A stretch of 57,258 nucleotides of DNA, filler included, from Platydemus manokwari (Eukaryota): assembly GCA_037951405.1 (NCBI GenBank). It is 5 parts of 5 records of this genome, joined end to end, with 100 filler letters (N's around TTAATTAATTAA, not from the genome) between each part and the next. Parts side by side here need not be neighbours in the genome. Positions count along the whole stretch, not along the records: positions 24,107 to 35,383 come from JBBMOY010799981.1; positions 35,484 to 44,433 come from JBBMOY011323984.1; 3 more parts are not named here. One strand, written 5' to 3'. A program made the position numbers and the translations under genes. The notes below the pieces were generated by a model. It searched no databases and was not told the origin of the DNA. It saw only the letters and a list, made by a program, of their open reading frames with translations. Positions 25,711-39,862 of the stretch are shown here, one piece after another. The stretch's first letter is position 1. The number at the start of each line of letters is the position of its first letter.

Positions 25711-28700
25711 AAAAATTATTATTTATTATTAAAGATATACCAAAAAGAATCTATATCATAAATAACCATTTCATCTTTCGTGAGATTATACACCCTTAAT
25801 AGTTTTCAATGTGATACTACAATTTTGGTATTTTTTCTGGCTCATTTTTTAGTATTTTTTTAATATATATACATATATACACACAAAATTTCGGTGTCTC
25901 CAAAGCGGACTCTCCTTTACTGCTTATCTTCATTATTCAACCCATTTATATATCTCTGACTAAGTCTTTCTTTCAATTCACCAACTTCATTCATTAAAAA
26001 ATACCCAATCTTCTGTCAATGCAATTCGTTATTGCTTATCCGCAGTAACATTGCGAATTAACTCAGTTATGAACTACGAATATTAAATGCGTTTGAGATG
26101 TTTTTGATATGTCATGAAATTATATTTTGATGCGCTATATTGTATATATTATTATGTAAAATATGACTTTATTATCGCTTTGTTTATATTTATCTTTACG
26201 ATAGAAATCTGAAAATCATCGAAGAGGAGATAAATCAATACCAAAACTAATAACAAATGTAAAGAGGGTGATTATAAATAACCTAGTGATCGTAAATAAA
26301 ACACGATTAACATAAATATAAATTACGATCAGAGCATAAATAGAAAAGGCATTGATAACTGCATAAAAACAACAAACATTATATTATTGAGGCTAGGTAT
26401 TTGTAAGTTCTTTTTCCGGGTAACTACTCAAGTCGAATCTAATAAACAATACGATTTACATAGATAGCAGTACGCAATAAAAATAAATTCTAATAACAAA
26501 ATAATAATAATAATCTAATGGTTAAAATTTATAAATTTCAAACCTTTCAAAACAATTGTCATTTAAAAAATTCGACATATTTAAATTTTATCGAAATGCT
26601 TTTATCAATCAATTTTAACAAAGACAAAGCAAATCTAACGCTTTGATTACGAAAAATAGATAGCTGGTGAAATACAGGAACAGCTGTTACTAAATAGCGT
26701 ACACTGTTACCAAAAATAAAATATATTTAAAATGATGACGGAGCCCTTTAAAAATAGAAACACTTTCATAAAGCTCCAACCATTAATGTGACGCATAAAT
26801 TATTGTATAAACTGTAACTCAGAGTCACATTTCACAAAATCATTTTTTCAACATTATTCCGTATCATTGCATTTGTAATTATTTAGCTTTCGAGAAGCGT
26901 ATGATAATGAATAAAGTTAATTATTTTGTAGTTAATTTTTATTCTTGTAGTCAAGTAATATAGGAGAGTCTTTTTTGTACCTTGTCTTCATTTTCCTTGA
27001 GAGCCTTGTCGTTCACCCAGGTAGCGCACCCTTTACTTTTAAGTTGAGGTTATTGAATTGAGGATTTTAAAATTAATTAAAATTTCAATGATTTTATAAT
27101 AATTTGTTTGAATATAATTTTGTGTCATGACTTTTTTAGTGTGTTCTCAGTACATGCTTTATAAAACAGTAACAGATTTTACTGTGTATAATAATTGAGA
27201 TGTGCTATTGACACACGAGATAAAAGAGAATTTGTCCTATCGAATGAAATGGAAAACATTAAGATCCAAAATGCACACATGATAATTATATAAAAGATGT
27301 TCAATCTCACGAGAAGTTGACAGTCTTTTTCGTCTGCAACTTTTATTCTGTGTGAATTTTACATGATTTTCTGACCACTAGTCTTTATGGTTGCTATCTT
27401 GGTTATGTTTAACTTCTGAGTGCTGCATCCGCCATTTGAAGATTATTCATCGATTATTGAGTACGATTTTTGACTGTGGTCGTTTGACAATTTGGTTTTC
27501 TTTAAATTATTTTGATCAAAAATTACAGTTTTGGCATTTAGCGTTTGTTAATATCGTGACCGTACTTCCTAAAACATTTAAAGGTATTCCATTTTTAAAG
27601 AATCTTTATCTTAATATCGCAACATTATGCTCATTATTTCTCAAGTTTAATTCTAATTTATATTCATTGGTTATAAATGAACTTAAAACTAATACGTTTT
27701 ATAAGCACAAAATCTTTAGAGGACCTGCTACCTTACCACGGAGAAAACGTATTTGATTTGGTGAGAGCATGGTAACGAGTCTTTTAAACATTATTCACCT
27801 AAGTTCAGTCACATCAAATAGCATACATTGATTCCTTACTTCATTCTATGTAGCACATATAGTTTATCAGAAAAACAAAGCATTCGTCAGTGCGATTACT
27901 AAAAGGTGATAAATGTCAACCTGAGTCGATAGTTCTGAACAAAATATGTTTTCCAACACAATGGTTCACAATGATTTTAAATGTTTCACGAATAATAAAA
28001 AGCACGTATTCTTTGTTATTTCAAGTTTCATTATTTTCAGTATTAAAACGCTTGCGTATATTAAATACAACAATATCAAATGAAAATAAATTAAAAACCC
28101 AACCTGAGAACAATTCAAATGGTTAAACATTTTTAAAGTTAAAGCTAGTTAAAAATTAACGAATTCGTAAATGTATCATATGAAGATTGCATTTAATATC
28201 ATCACACAATACAATGACAAAATAAAATATTCGTTTATAACAAAAAATAACCAGTTAATAATAAACAATAATTTTATTCAAACTATGTCTAACCGATATT
28301 TTCAATCACTTCAATATTCAATAGTCCCAGTCTCATAATCGAGATGATACAGTAGATCAAGTTCAATATATTCATAATATTATTATTTGATACTATTATT
28401 TTAAAATTTAAATTCATTGAACAAATTTTATAATACATACCTAAATACATTTATTTAATCGTAATTTAATTTTAAAATTGAAATTAAGTTTAAATGAATT
28501 TATAAAACTTTAATATTTAATTTCATAGATAAATCAACTTTGGTTAAATAACCTGATTATTAAGAATGCTTAACAATTCAAAATACATTCAATTAAAAAT
28601 ACAAATGACTAAATTCAACAAATGTAGAAACATTGGTTACTGATAATTTTAATAAAATATATCAGTCGTAAAAGTTTCATTGCTTTATCCTCTACTAAAT

Positions 28701-29301
28701 ACTCAAATGTTTTAAGTTTGAGATACACCAGAGGAAGGTTTGAATTTATCGTTGCACCTTAATTATTGGTCGCATTATGAAATAATGTCTTAGGATCATT
28801 TTAAAACACCATAGATAACCGCAACATACGGATAAATACAAAGAACGTATTAATTTGCTTCAAAATGTCGAGCATTTAATTGACCTGTTTAAACAAAATT
28901 TTCCTTGTAATTTAAAAATATTTTTCGATCCATGACAAAACTGGCTTTGAAAATCACTTTAAATATCTGAAAAGTAGATAATGGATATTTTTATAAATTA
29001 TTTATGTAGATTATAACTATTTTAGTAATATTGAATTTCTATATTTATTTTTAGAATTTTAAATATTTTAACAGTGATAGAATAAAAACCCAAAAATAAT
29101 ATAAAATAAAACAGATATACACAGATATACCTAAAATCCATAGGAATAGTCATTCTAGTCTTAATAACCTTGAACAATGCCCTTGAATCATAATTCTCAA
29201 AATAAAAATTAATAATCATTTAAAATAGTGCATATGTATCTCTCAACTTTACTTAAACAATGATAAATTTAGAGCAAAACAGCTAAACAGTTCATTAATA
29301 T

Positions 29302-30936
29302 TGTTGGGTACATATATATGTAGGTTGGGATCCCCAACAAATATTTATTATTTGTTTTATTAATACTTACAATTATATACTCACCATCAATTCACATGTA
29401 CATAAAAAACAATATGAGCATCACACATAAAACAATACAAAGTATAATGCCTTTGACTGTGGACCACATCAGTCTAGCCGAGCCCTCAATTCAATCCAGC
29501 CCAGAAAAGGTCTCGATGAGGATATTTGACGATTAACAGCTCTGTAACAGTTATGATCCTTGTGTTATATTTACAATTACATTGAAAAAAGCTTTTGTTT
29601 TTGTGTAAAACTTTTGTGTATTAATATATTGACATTTTATGATGATTAATTTTTAATGTATAATGATTCGAAGCGGAGGAGGAAAAGAGAAGAAAGATTG
29701 GCAGATTTTAGAAATGTTGGGTGCTTAACCCCCCATATAACATCACAAAAATAACAAAAAAATAACACAACATAAACTCCCACCCACAGCCCGCAACATG
29801 AAACATGAAACAGTACCCCACAATAAATAATATAATATTGTACATAGACATAGTTTATAAATTGACTGCAGACTGAGCCCGAGTCAGCAAGAAGAGCCTT
29901 CGAGAAAAGCAGTTCAACAATCCAATATTGTGAACTAATCTCATCTAACTGATCTTTGACAAATGCTTGCTATGGTTTTGTTTTTAACAATTATGAGTAT
30001 CCATAATAAACTATTGGTGTAGTTTTTACTATTATGCAGTGTTTTTATTGTATTTGTTTTTATTATTTGCTTAAAACAATTTTTATTTATCGTGAAATAA
30101 ATTCGTGCATGTGGATTAGGAGGTGTTGACAAAGCAAATAGTAATAAAGCAATAATAAAACGACAAAGACGAAATAAATAATTAAATAATAGAATAACGA
30201 TAAATAATAAATAGATAATTAAATAATAGAATAAATGGAAACATGTCAAAAATATGAAAAATATAAAATAAGGTTAAATTAGGACAATTGAGTTGAAATT
30301 AAATCAATTATAATATACATGGGAGAATAATCTATTAAACAAATCTTGTGAAATTAATTAAGTAAAGTAAGACAAAATTTAATAAATCAAATCGGAATGA
30401 GAAAAATTATCGCTAATAATTCGTGAGAAAAAATGGACAGAATCAGACGCATATAAATATCTGCGCTGATCATGGAACACCACAATAACCAATAACCAAT
30501 AACCACACTAACTGTCACATTAAACGAAAATTGAAGCTGATAAACTATTTCAAAATATATTGTCAATTATCAACTGTGGCGAAGATATTTGAAAATAGAG
30601 AAGATTTTTGGACCGACGAAGATTTCAAATTATTATTTGAGGGGACTGTCAGTGGAGCTATATCGATCGAATTATTAACTTTTGGAATATATCTTTAGTC
30701 AGCATCTATCAGTAAGCACTTTTTGTTGTGTTTTTTAATTCATTTTTCTAAAACTAACGCTCACTTAACATAATTATCAATAAATAATTTTAATATTGAT
30801 TATCATTTGAATTAATATTTACAATTTGCTTTGCTAACAACAACTTCTCTTATATTATTTAATTTATTATCTTCTTCCGTTGCACGGATTTACGTGTTAA
30901 TCGCTGAGGCGAGGTACGGGCCACTTTTGAAAACAT
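29302..30936 (+). mobile_element. Cluster of solo-LTR-like units
   Basis: Units 29302-29634 and 29715-30131 both start TGTTGGGT and end TTGACA, with similar internal layout. A further unit with a TATA box ends GCCACTTTTGAAAACA at about 30936. No TSDs confirmed. Confidence 0.5.
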
Positions 30937-31249
30937 TTTTAGTGTTATTTTTAATATTAATTGTTAACCCTTCTGTTTTTCCAATTTAATAAATATTTTG
31001 AAAGTTCATATTATTATTTTGACTATTATTCTGAATAATAACCACCATATATAAATCGATCACTGACACATCAGGTGCCATCTTGTATTAATTGATTTTG
31101 TACTGTTAACAAATAGGTGACGTTGAATTCACATTACGAGATTATCTATTAGCATATTATAGTGATCCTATTAATATTAACTATATAAATCAATAATCAT
31201 AGTTTCATCATATGCTATTAACAGGTTTTAAAAGCGTATCATTATTTTC

Positions 31250-31823
31250 AGGCCCAGTGCGACTGAGGTTTCTCTGTGCTCAAGCATTAATTTAATTTCA
31301 ACCTTTTTTTCCAACAGCATGGTCACCATACCGGTTGTTGAAGCTCCTCAGAACCAGCAAACTAAATAAAATCAAGCACAGCCCAATATTATTGATTTAA
31401 TAGAAATAATAAAATAAAAATAAAAAGAATAAATAATAGATATAATATTTACAAGAGAATCAATAATAAAAAATATACATAATAAGTCATAAATAGTAAA
31501 AAATAAAATATAATAATAAAAGTACATTATATATTTACAATTAAGTGAATAATATGGAATGTTAAAAAAAATGCAATTACAATAAATAGATAATTAAACA
31601 ATTACTGTGGAATGTTAACAAAAATGTAAATTAATTGTTGACTGTAACGATGTTACCAAAAATAGAAGACAGAGGCCGGTACAGCGAGGTATAAATACCG
31701 AGATGAAAACAGAGCCGGACACAATATTCCAATAGCGAGGTCTTCATATCCGTTATTGAAGCCCCTTAAGAGCCAGTAAAATAAATAAAAATAAAGCATA
31801 CCACCCATACAAAATATTTAACA
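31250..31823 (+). repeat. Two diverged direct copies of an LTR-like unit
   Basis: 31309-31379 aligns with 31727-31799 (ttccaa.agc..ggtc..cata.c.gtt.ttgaagc.cct...ccag.aaa.taaataaaa). The second copy has TATAAATA and AATAAA and ends TTAACA. Confidence 0.55.
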
Positions 31824-33582
31824 TATGTATATATCAAATACACAATATTATTAGACCTATGAATCTCAACAGAGTGAGTTTTAATTAAATTGATAAGTAT
31901 TTTATTTTATATAGAGGTTATTTAAATAAGATGACAATTGTTTTTTAAAACTTGTTTAAAAATAAATCACAATTAGGACACACTAGTCAACTCAAACGAT
32001 AAATTTATCAAGATTGAGTGCAATTATCCTGCTGAGAGCGCATGAACTCAGATATCACCTTAACGTTTTTAAATGTATAGATTTTTAAATTTGACTATTT
32101 TTCCATCCAATAGGCTCCGATTCTTTAGGCGAGTTATAACTTTGTTATTTTATTTATTTGATTGTTATCTTTATATGCTTTAATCCTAAAGGTGCAATAG
32201 GAATTATTAATAACCACTTCTAAGGTTTCTTGATACTCATTTAGATTCAAATATATGAAATTCTCGTACTTCAAAAACTCGGAATTCAAAATTTTGTATT
32301 AATGATTCCTGGTCAAAACTCTTCAGCTTATATAGTCACCGACACTGGATATTATGTACCCATTTTCTATCACCCTATCAATTTCCTAGTTGTCTAGATA
32401 AATGAGCAACTTACAAATAGACAACTTGCTCTTCCAAACACATAGATCATAAAAAGCTCAAAAAATTAATTCAAGGCACACTAGAATTTCCTAGCACGCA
32501 TAATATTTCAACACGATAAAATATATAAATATGTTAAGTTTATAACTACTCTAACTTAACGGCTCGATTTTTTTCACTTAATCTGACTCCTATATAAAAA
32601 TCAGGTGCACAAGCAGTAAAACAAGCTTCTGATTAAGTTATATTTATATACAAATTTACACCGTAAAATTACCACTGAGAGAACACAAATACTTAAAAGT
32701 TATATTACTAAGACTGGGACTAAGTCCCGGCACTTCTGTTGAATACCTTTGCTCAGAAACTACTCCTTGATTATAGCACATAATTATACTTTGCTACTAA
32801 ATGTCTTAGCGCACTGCTAACCGAAACAATAATATTTTTATAATACTTTAATCCCGTACAACTACACTTGTTGCAGAGCAAACTACTCTAGTAATAAATA
32901 GAATCTTACATTTGAAGTCTTCTTGTGAATAAGTTGAAAATACAGAGTTAGCTCGCTCTTTATATACTTATTTTCTTAATGCACACCCTTTCTATGTGCA
33001 TCATTTTATTCATACTTATTACAGCATCAACCCAATTTTTTCATCCTATTACCGGATTCAGTCGGTAATTGCCATCGTTGATTTTGGATTGCCATTTTAC
33101 CAATTCAAATTACCGAATATGGTCGGTAATTGCCATTTTTATTGTCTAAATTCCATATTTGGTTTATTGATTATATATTTATCTCTAAAACATTTTATTT
33201 TCAATATTTCTTAATTAATAACAATATTATTTCATTTTATTTAAATATCTTTGAATTTTAGTTTAAGTTATTAGATTTTTAGTTGTATTTAAATAAAAAT
33301 TTAAAATAAATTTGATGAAACTAATTATTTAAATTTTAACTATTTGTAATATATTAATAAATTAAATTTTTTTAGGACCACTTAACTTTATCTAAACTAT
33401 TTAATAGAAAATCTTTATAATATTAACGAGAACCATTGAAGTTTCATAATAACTTTGTTTAAATAATCATGAATACTAAATTTTTTTAAATCCCAGCATT
33501 TGCGTGAGTAATTATATTTTTTATTTTTTATGAATTTTCATATAACATTTATAAAATAATACATTAAAAAATTATTTAACAG

Positions 33583-35091
33583 ATGGATGATATAGAGCAG
33601 ACAAATAAAAAGCATCTTAATGCTAAATCAGGAAGAAAATTTCGAGAAAACAATAAAACAAAAATAACTAATGCTAATAGAGTTGATTATAATGATTCAA
33701 GAGGTCAAAAATTCACAAAAACTAAAAAACATGTAAATAAAGTCAACGCAAAAGCTTTTGCTATACAGAATGTTAAAAAGGCTAAAAAGAAAGTGTCGCT
33801 TGTTGTTGACAGACAGACATCAAAGCATACCCATCGTATTCTATCTGATCAATATTTGGAAGCACCGCAATTGATTGCATTGGTAGGACCCCCAAATAGT
33901 GGGAAATCCACCTTATTAAGGACACTAATGCGTCATTATACTGGTCATAGGGTCCAAATTAATGGCCCAGTTACAGTTGTCACGAGTAAGAAGAAGAAAG
34001 TAACTTTCATCGAATGTCCAAATGATTTGAATTCCCAAATCGATATTTCCAAAACCGCTGATATGATTTTATTGATGATTAATGTCAAACAAGAAATTCA
34101 ACTTGAAACGTATGAATTTATAGAATTACTCAATACCCATGGTGTTCCGAGAATTAAATTAATATTTACTCATTTGGATGAATACGAAAAGCATGACAAG
34201 AAATTACAAACAAAAATGAAAACGATTCTGAAACGCATTCAAGAAGAGGTGCACGCATTACCATTTCGTTTATCAGAAATAAAAAAGTTCAGAAACGAAG
34301 GAAATAGTGAGTATAAGATTGAAGAAGTTAGAAATTTGGCTCGATTGATCGGTGAAAAAAATCCTTTACCAAATGAATGGCGAGAAAATCATCCATATAT
34401 TCTCGTTGATCGACTAGAAAAGGTGACGAAAGATAAAATAAACCTTTCGTATGAATTTGATTCGATCAAATTTTATGGTTATGTTCGAGGCTGTACAATG
34501 TCGTCTGATATTTCCCGAATGCATTTGATGGGTGTCGGTGATGTTGTCGTTGATTCTATTGAGCCATTGACTGAGCCGTGTCCAACCCCATTCCAAGAGA
34601 GTCGATTACCGAAAAAACGTCAACCATTGGAAATCAAAGAACGAAAAGTGATTTATTGAGATTGATTTGTCAAATATTGATTTCGATGTCTCGTTAATTA
34701 GGCTTACGCACCGATGAGTGGATACGGAGGAGTATTGAAGGATTCGGATGGATTTCATATCATTGGTGATGGTGATTTGTCGATGAATAATAAGGCGGAG
34801 AAATCGAAAAAGGGAGATCAATCGTCTTCAGAAGAAGATGATGAAGATAGCAAATCAGAGATTCCTCGAAGTGGCCTTTTGAGGGAAATCGAGGAGTCTG
34901 ATGAAGATGAGGAGGATGAAGATAACGAGAGCAATATCGATGAAGATGATGATAATGATGACGACGACGACGATTCAAATAATATTGGTGACGGATCCAA
35001 TAATTCCAAACGAAAAATGCCAAAATCATTCGATTGTGATGACGATCAATCACGTAAAAAGCGCTGCGTCGATGACGATACGAAAAATTTG
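33583..35091 (+). CDS. BMS1: Ribosome biogenesis GTPase BMS1, 5' part (truncated by contig end)
   Basis: Exon 33583-34647, intron, exon 34702-35091. P-loop GPPNSGKSTL, GPVTVVTSKKKKVTFIECPNDLNSQIDISK, HGVPRI..IFTHLD, WRENHPYILVDRLE, YGYVRG, KERK|AYAPMSGYGG, then an acidic linker. Confidence 0.96.
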
Positions 35092-35189
35092 GTGAGCGGC
35101 TTTGAAGGTGAGACAAATTGATTTGTTATGACAGAGTATTGATTATTAATAGAGGTTTATAAATATTTGATTAAGGGTGATAGGCAATT

Positions 35190-35383
35190 AAAACTTATTA
35201 AATGATATTTATAATGATTATTATTATGTTATTGATAATAATTATATTGATAATAATGATCAATATTGATTATATTATTAATAAAAATGATTATAATGAT
35301 AATTATATTGATTATAAAAATGATGGTCGTTTCAAAATCCACTGTTTATAATAATATTGATTATATTAATCATAAGAATGATT
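35190..35383. repeat. ATT/ATG low-complexity repeat
   Basis: Degenerate (ATT/ATA/ATG)n tract running into the contig end. Confidence 0.6.
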
Positions 35384-35483
35384 NNNNNNNNNNNNNNNNN
35401 NNNNNNNNNNNNNNNNNNNNNNNNNNNTTAATTAATTAANNNNNNNNNNNNNNNNNNNNNNNNNNNNNNNNNNNNNNNNNNNN
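35384..35483. other. Artificial contig linker / gap
   Basis: N44-TTAATTAATTAA-N44. Confidence 0.98.
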
Positions 35484-35845
35484 TTCCATTTTGATATCAA
35501 AATAAAATAGATTTCGATTAGTTCAACATTCTATTCTACAATTAGCAATAAAATTAATGGAATATTTCAGTTGAGCATTTTTTGACAGTAAATTTTATTG
35601 TTTTTGAGGACAAATTTCTAAATTTCAACTAGTACATCATGAAAATAAGTATATCCAATTAATACCAAAATTATATCAAACCTATAGTTTTTTCATGGGT
35701 TTTATGACTTATCGAAGTTCATAATCTTAATAAAATAAATAATTTTAAGTAAGCCTGTGCTCAAATTTTGAAAGATTTAATTATGATAATTATATTATTG
35801 AGACATTTGTTTTAAAGATTAATACTTATGATTAGCTTTTAAATA

Positions 35846-38800
35846 ATGGCAAATTTGAAAGAAAATATTATTTTTGATAGTGACTCAAAATTTACCTCTG
35901 ATAAGTAAAATTGGTAGTTTAAGTTCAATTTTTATTGTTTGAACTTAGTTTGACTACCCAGCAAATTCCAATTCCTCCAAGAGTAGATAATTATAATTTA
36001 CAGCGAAATCAATTGTCCACTTACAATCAGGTACCATATTATCCAAACAATTACCATAATCAATATGGAATTGGAAATTTTGGTTCTAATTTATATAATC
36101 CACAATTCGGAAATGGTTTTCAAAGTGCAAAAATTGATAACATAATTACGGAATCATTTTCATCAATTAATAGTGCAGTACAAACATTTAATGCATTTAA
36201 TACGTTGATAAATACAGCTTATGGTGCAATGTATACGTCTATTTCTACAATTGCCGGAATCAGTGAACAGTTGCATCACACTCAAGCTAACCTATTGCAA
36301 ATTATTAATTCGGTGAATTTTTTCAAAATAATCAAAAGATTTTTGTTATATCTCAAACGTATTTTTAATGGAGATTTGGTAATTTTACTATGAAATTATA
36401 CGCTTCTAAAATTATTTTAAGATTAATTTCATTTTAAAAAATTGTTTAATAAATTTAGCCTAAAATGGAAGATTTGACATCAGTTATCAATGATATCAAA
36501 AATAGCTTTCAATGGAACGCCACTCATTCGGCAAATAATATTTTATCATATCTATTTTTTGTCACGATTATATGTGGTCCGATTATAATTTATAGATTTC
36601 TCAAATCTATCAATTCGACGAAATCAGGTGGGAAATTTCGATAGGATTTTGTCATTTGAATAATCGATATATTTGTCCTTTAAGATTCAAGATCACTGTG
36701 GAATTCTCAGTTGGGAAAATCTTATGTCGGTAAAGTGAAGAGTGATTTTTTCCCAAGAAATCCTGACGAAATGAGTGTCAGTCAAGGTGAAATTGTGACA
36801 ATCGCTCCACCAGGTTGACTTTTGATCTTTATTTGGCTATATTGAAGCAATATTTATTAATAATAGTTGTTGTTGTATGTTGTGATAATGAAGGTCTGGT
36901 TTGCCAAAGGGATTCATTGATAATGTTTATCCATTGTTGATCGACTTCGTAGTCATTTCTACTCATTAAGACTTCGAATTTGATATTTTATTAACAATTT
37001 TTTGTATTATTTTATTTGGTTAAATTGACGAATCCCATCTCTAACATTAATCAATTGAAGAATCTCCACCCCCAAAATAAATAAATAAACCAAATTTATT
37101 TACTGAGGGTATTGCAAAGCAATGTGTTGCCATAGATTTGCAAATCCATTTACACTAAATCGGTCTTTTCACATCAATTCTGATATGTACGAGTGTAAAA
37201 ATTCAATTCGACGCCCACGCATATTCTTTATTTGAACCTTGTGCTTGTTCCGGTAAGACTCAACATATCGTGTATGAACTCCGTTTATTGGATTAACGAA
37301 GTTCACCGAATGATTAACTGTTTCGTGAGTAAAGTTAAGACCTTGTAATATTCTTGTATGATCCCTATTCGTCCGTGTGAATGATGGACCCAAGTCGTAC
37401 AATTGCTTGAATAATTGGTGAATGTGTGTCTGCATCTCTTTTATCCACAATTTAATATAAATGGATGTTTAAAACACAATTGATTTATTGAATATTTGCA
37501 ATTGAAGAATCTCCATCCTGGACAAAACTAGGGGAGATTCTTCAATTGATCCTTTTATTTGTTAATTTTATTGTTAAATTATATGATAATCGAAAAGACG
37601 ACAGCATGATTAAAAACTTCAAATAGTGTTCTTTCGAATAGTTTTTATTGAATATATCTATCGAGAATTGCTCGATATAAGCTATGAGATTGATTTTGAA
37701 TTCAGGCTCCTGTTTTCATTCCAGTTTTTAATACATTTCTCCTAAGAGATTTGCCTCAATTTTACGTCCAATTAGGTTAATTACATCTGCTTCCCTATCT
37801 TTTATCGTGCCAATGCAGTGAAGATCTGATACGATATACGAACTTGAATTCTGGACTGTCGCTTTTTATTTTTCTTTATTAGATTTTTTTTTATTAATTT
37901 TATTTATAACTTTTATTCGAATATAATTACCATTGGTTAATAAATTTGGATTTGTGATGTTTTGTTTAAAACAATATCATATTGATTGTGATCGAGTTAT
38001 CCTTACTGCAAAATCAATAACGATAGAAAGATTGTAAGAGCTATAAAGGTTTGCTGATTGAACCATTTACAATTTCTGTTAATGAAATACCGAATAAACA
38101 GATTCGTAAATACGTACATCTCATATATTTTCCTCACAATTTATGTTGGAACTCTGTGACCTTAAATTAATTTGTTTGAATGAATTATGAATAAATCATA
38201 TTTTTCCATGATCTTTATTAATCCGAATTTCTTTACAAATTGTTGCACTCCTTGAATAGGTTTGATTTCCAATTTCAAATATTTTATCTCTAGAAATGCT
38301 AATAATTTTATTCTCATCTCTAATCACAGTTTTGATAATGTTATGAATTTATGATGTTGAAAATCAATGTCAGTGGTAGATCTGTGAGATTTGTTTATAA
38401 TAATATATCATTTCTGAATCCCTGGTCTATTGATATCGAATCAATTTTGTTTGATAATATTAATTTTTGGACATTCTTATAAATGTTATTGGAAATATAT
38501 TTTAAAAAAGTGTATAATTGAAACTATTAATGGAAATGTTTAAAATTATTTATAAATATAATGAATTTTGTAAAGGTATAGTGAGGGTTACTGATTGAAT
38601 TATTATCAATTTCAACAGATATTCCACTTATAGACAGATTTCGTTGTTTTGTCTTCTTACCAGTATCAGATATAATCTCAAATCTCTCATTTATTATTCA
38701 CTCATTGGTACACTCCAAGCCATAGTCATTTCACTCATTTTAAAATTAAGTTTTGCATATCTGAATCCACGTTAAAAGATTAATATTTACTTAGTCTTAG

Positions 38801-39862
38801 ACCATTATACGTTATTTCCCCTTGTTGCATATTGGAAGATGTTCAGCACCTATTATATAAATTCTAAAACATTTTATTTCTTATTCAAATTTGTATTATA
38901 AAATTATCAGAAGGTTAATAATGTTTCAAACGATTGAAATTCCTTATGAACAACAATAGTCAAACATTTCCAAATATTGTCTGTTTGTATATCGATTATT
39001 TTTATTTGTAGAAACTATTGAACATTGCTCCTGTTTCTTTTCAATCTTAAACAATTTTAAAATAACCCCTTGTTAGATTTTTATTTTAAAATTATTTCTG
39101 TGGATTTAATATTTGGAATAACAATTCGAAAAACAATGTTATGGGGTTATTATGCAAATATGCTTAGGTCCAGGTGACAAATGTTTTATTAGAGTTCATT
39201 GTTCAATACTGATGAATGAAAATTTCTATGAAATCGATCCATAGTTATTTTATATTTTCGATTTTGGCATTGTATTTTATAATCTCGTAGTGATTATAAT
39301 TCGTCAAGTTCATTACTTGAATGAAAATCTCTTATATCATAAATACAAGCTATGTTTGCATTATTCGATAGCTATTTTATTTGAAAGAAATCGATTTGGT
39401 TGAGATCAAAATTGTAGTTTTCCAAAATAATATATTTAATGTTTATCGATTTTTTAAGTAAACTCAATGATTGTTAAAAATTGTACTCGGGTTTTCAATA
39501 CATCTGCCGATAAAAATTATCAAATGCACTATATTTACTACATTGGATAATATTAATAATTTGGTCTTGAAAACTATTTATTATGTGTTTTATTCCATGT
39601 TTAATACAAACTTCATGACTAGGGTTACCCTAAATTATTTCTCAATATTTATATCATTTTACAAATTGTATATATCATAATGTGTTAGTATAAGCGCTTT
39701 TTTCCCAGGTGCCAATTATTGATTATTTAATTAACAATTTCAGAATTCCAAAAGGTAATCAATTGGTATCTCGTTGGCAATATGAAAGGTGATCAAGGCC
39801 TGATACCTTCTAGTTTTGTTAATGTTTTGGGTGTTCTGGATAAAAGCAAAAATCAAGAATAG
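35846..39862 (+). CDS. PEX13: Peroxin 13, peroxisomal membrane docking protein, 5 exons, about 301 aa
   Basis: Exons 35846-35904, 35949-36378, 36459-36627, 36685-36813 and 39744-39862 total 906 nt in frame. PIPPR, a Y/G/N-rich region, SFSSINSAVQTF...MYTSISTIAGISEQL, TM segment LFFVTIICGPIIIYRFL, and a C-terminal SH3 domain (DFFPRNPDEMSV...WYLV...GLIPSSFV). AATAAA at about 39903. Confidence 0.92.
37018..37552 (-). mobile_element. Merlin (IS1595/IS1016-like) DNA transposon, internally deleted, in PEX13 intron 4
   Basis: Transposase C-terminus HETVNHSVNFVNPINGVHTRYVES...YISELM (37169-37450). GG-starting imperfect TIRs at 37018-37036 and 37531-37552. Perfect 8-bp TSD TTTTATTT at 37010-37017 and 37553-37560. 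Confidence 0.92.
37600..39600 (-). mobile_element. Decayed Gypsy-like pol/integrase relic in PEX13 intron 4
   Basis: Coding-like strand bias and weak fragmentary integrase-like motifs. No intact ORF. Confidence 0.3.

Noticed and set aside
26600-28200. ORFs 27391-27756 and 27890-28126
   Set aside because: Probably shadows of a decayed DNA transposase; no motif clear enough to assign.
34414-35116. His-rich and Ser-rich minus-strand or alternate-frame ORFs
   Set aside because: Shadows of the acidic GAT/GAA-rich BMS1 exon.
39205-39245. Hammerhead ribozyme cores (CTGATGA...GAAA; also about 9581, 45809 and 56944)
   Set aside because: Stems I-III and the cleavage triplet cannot be formed.
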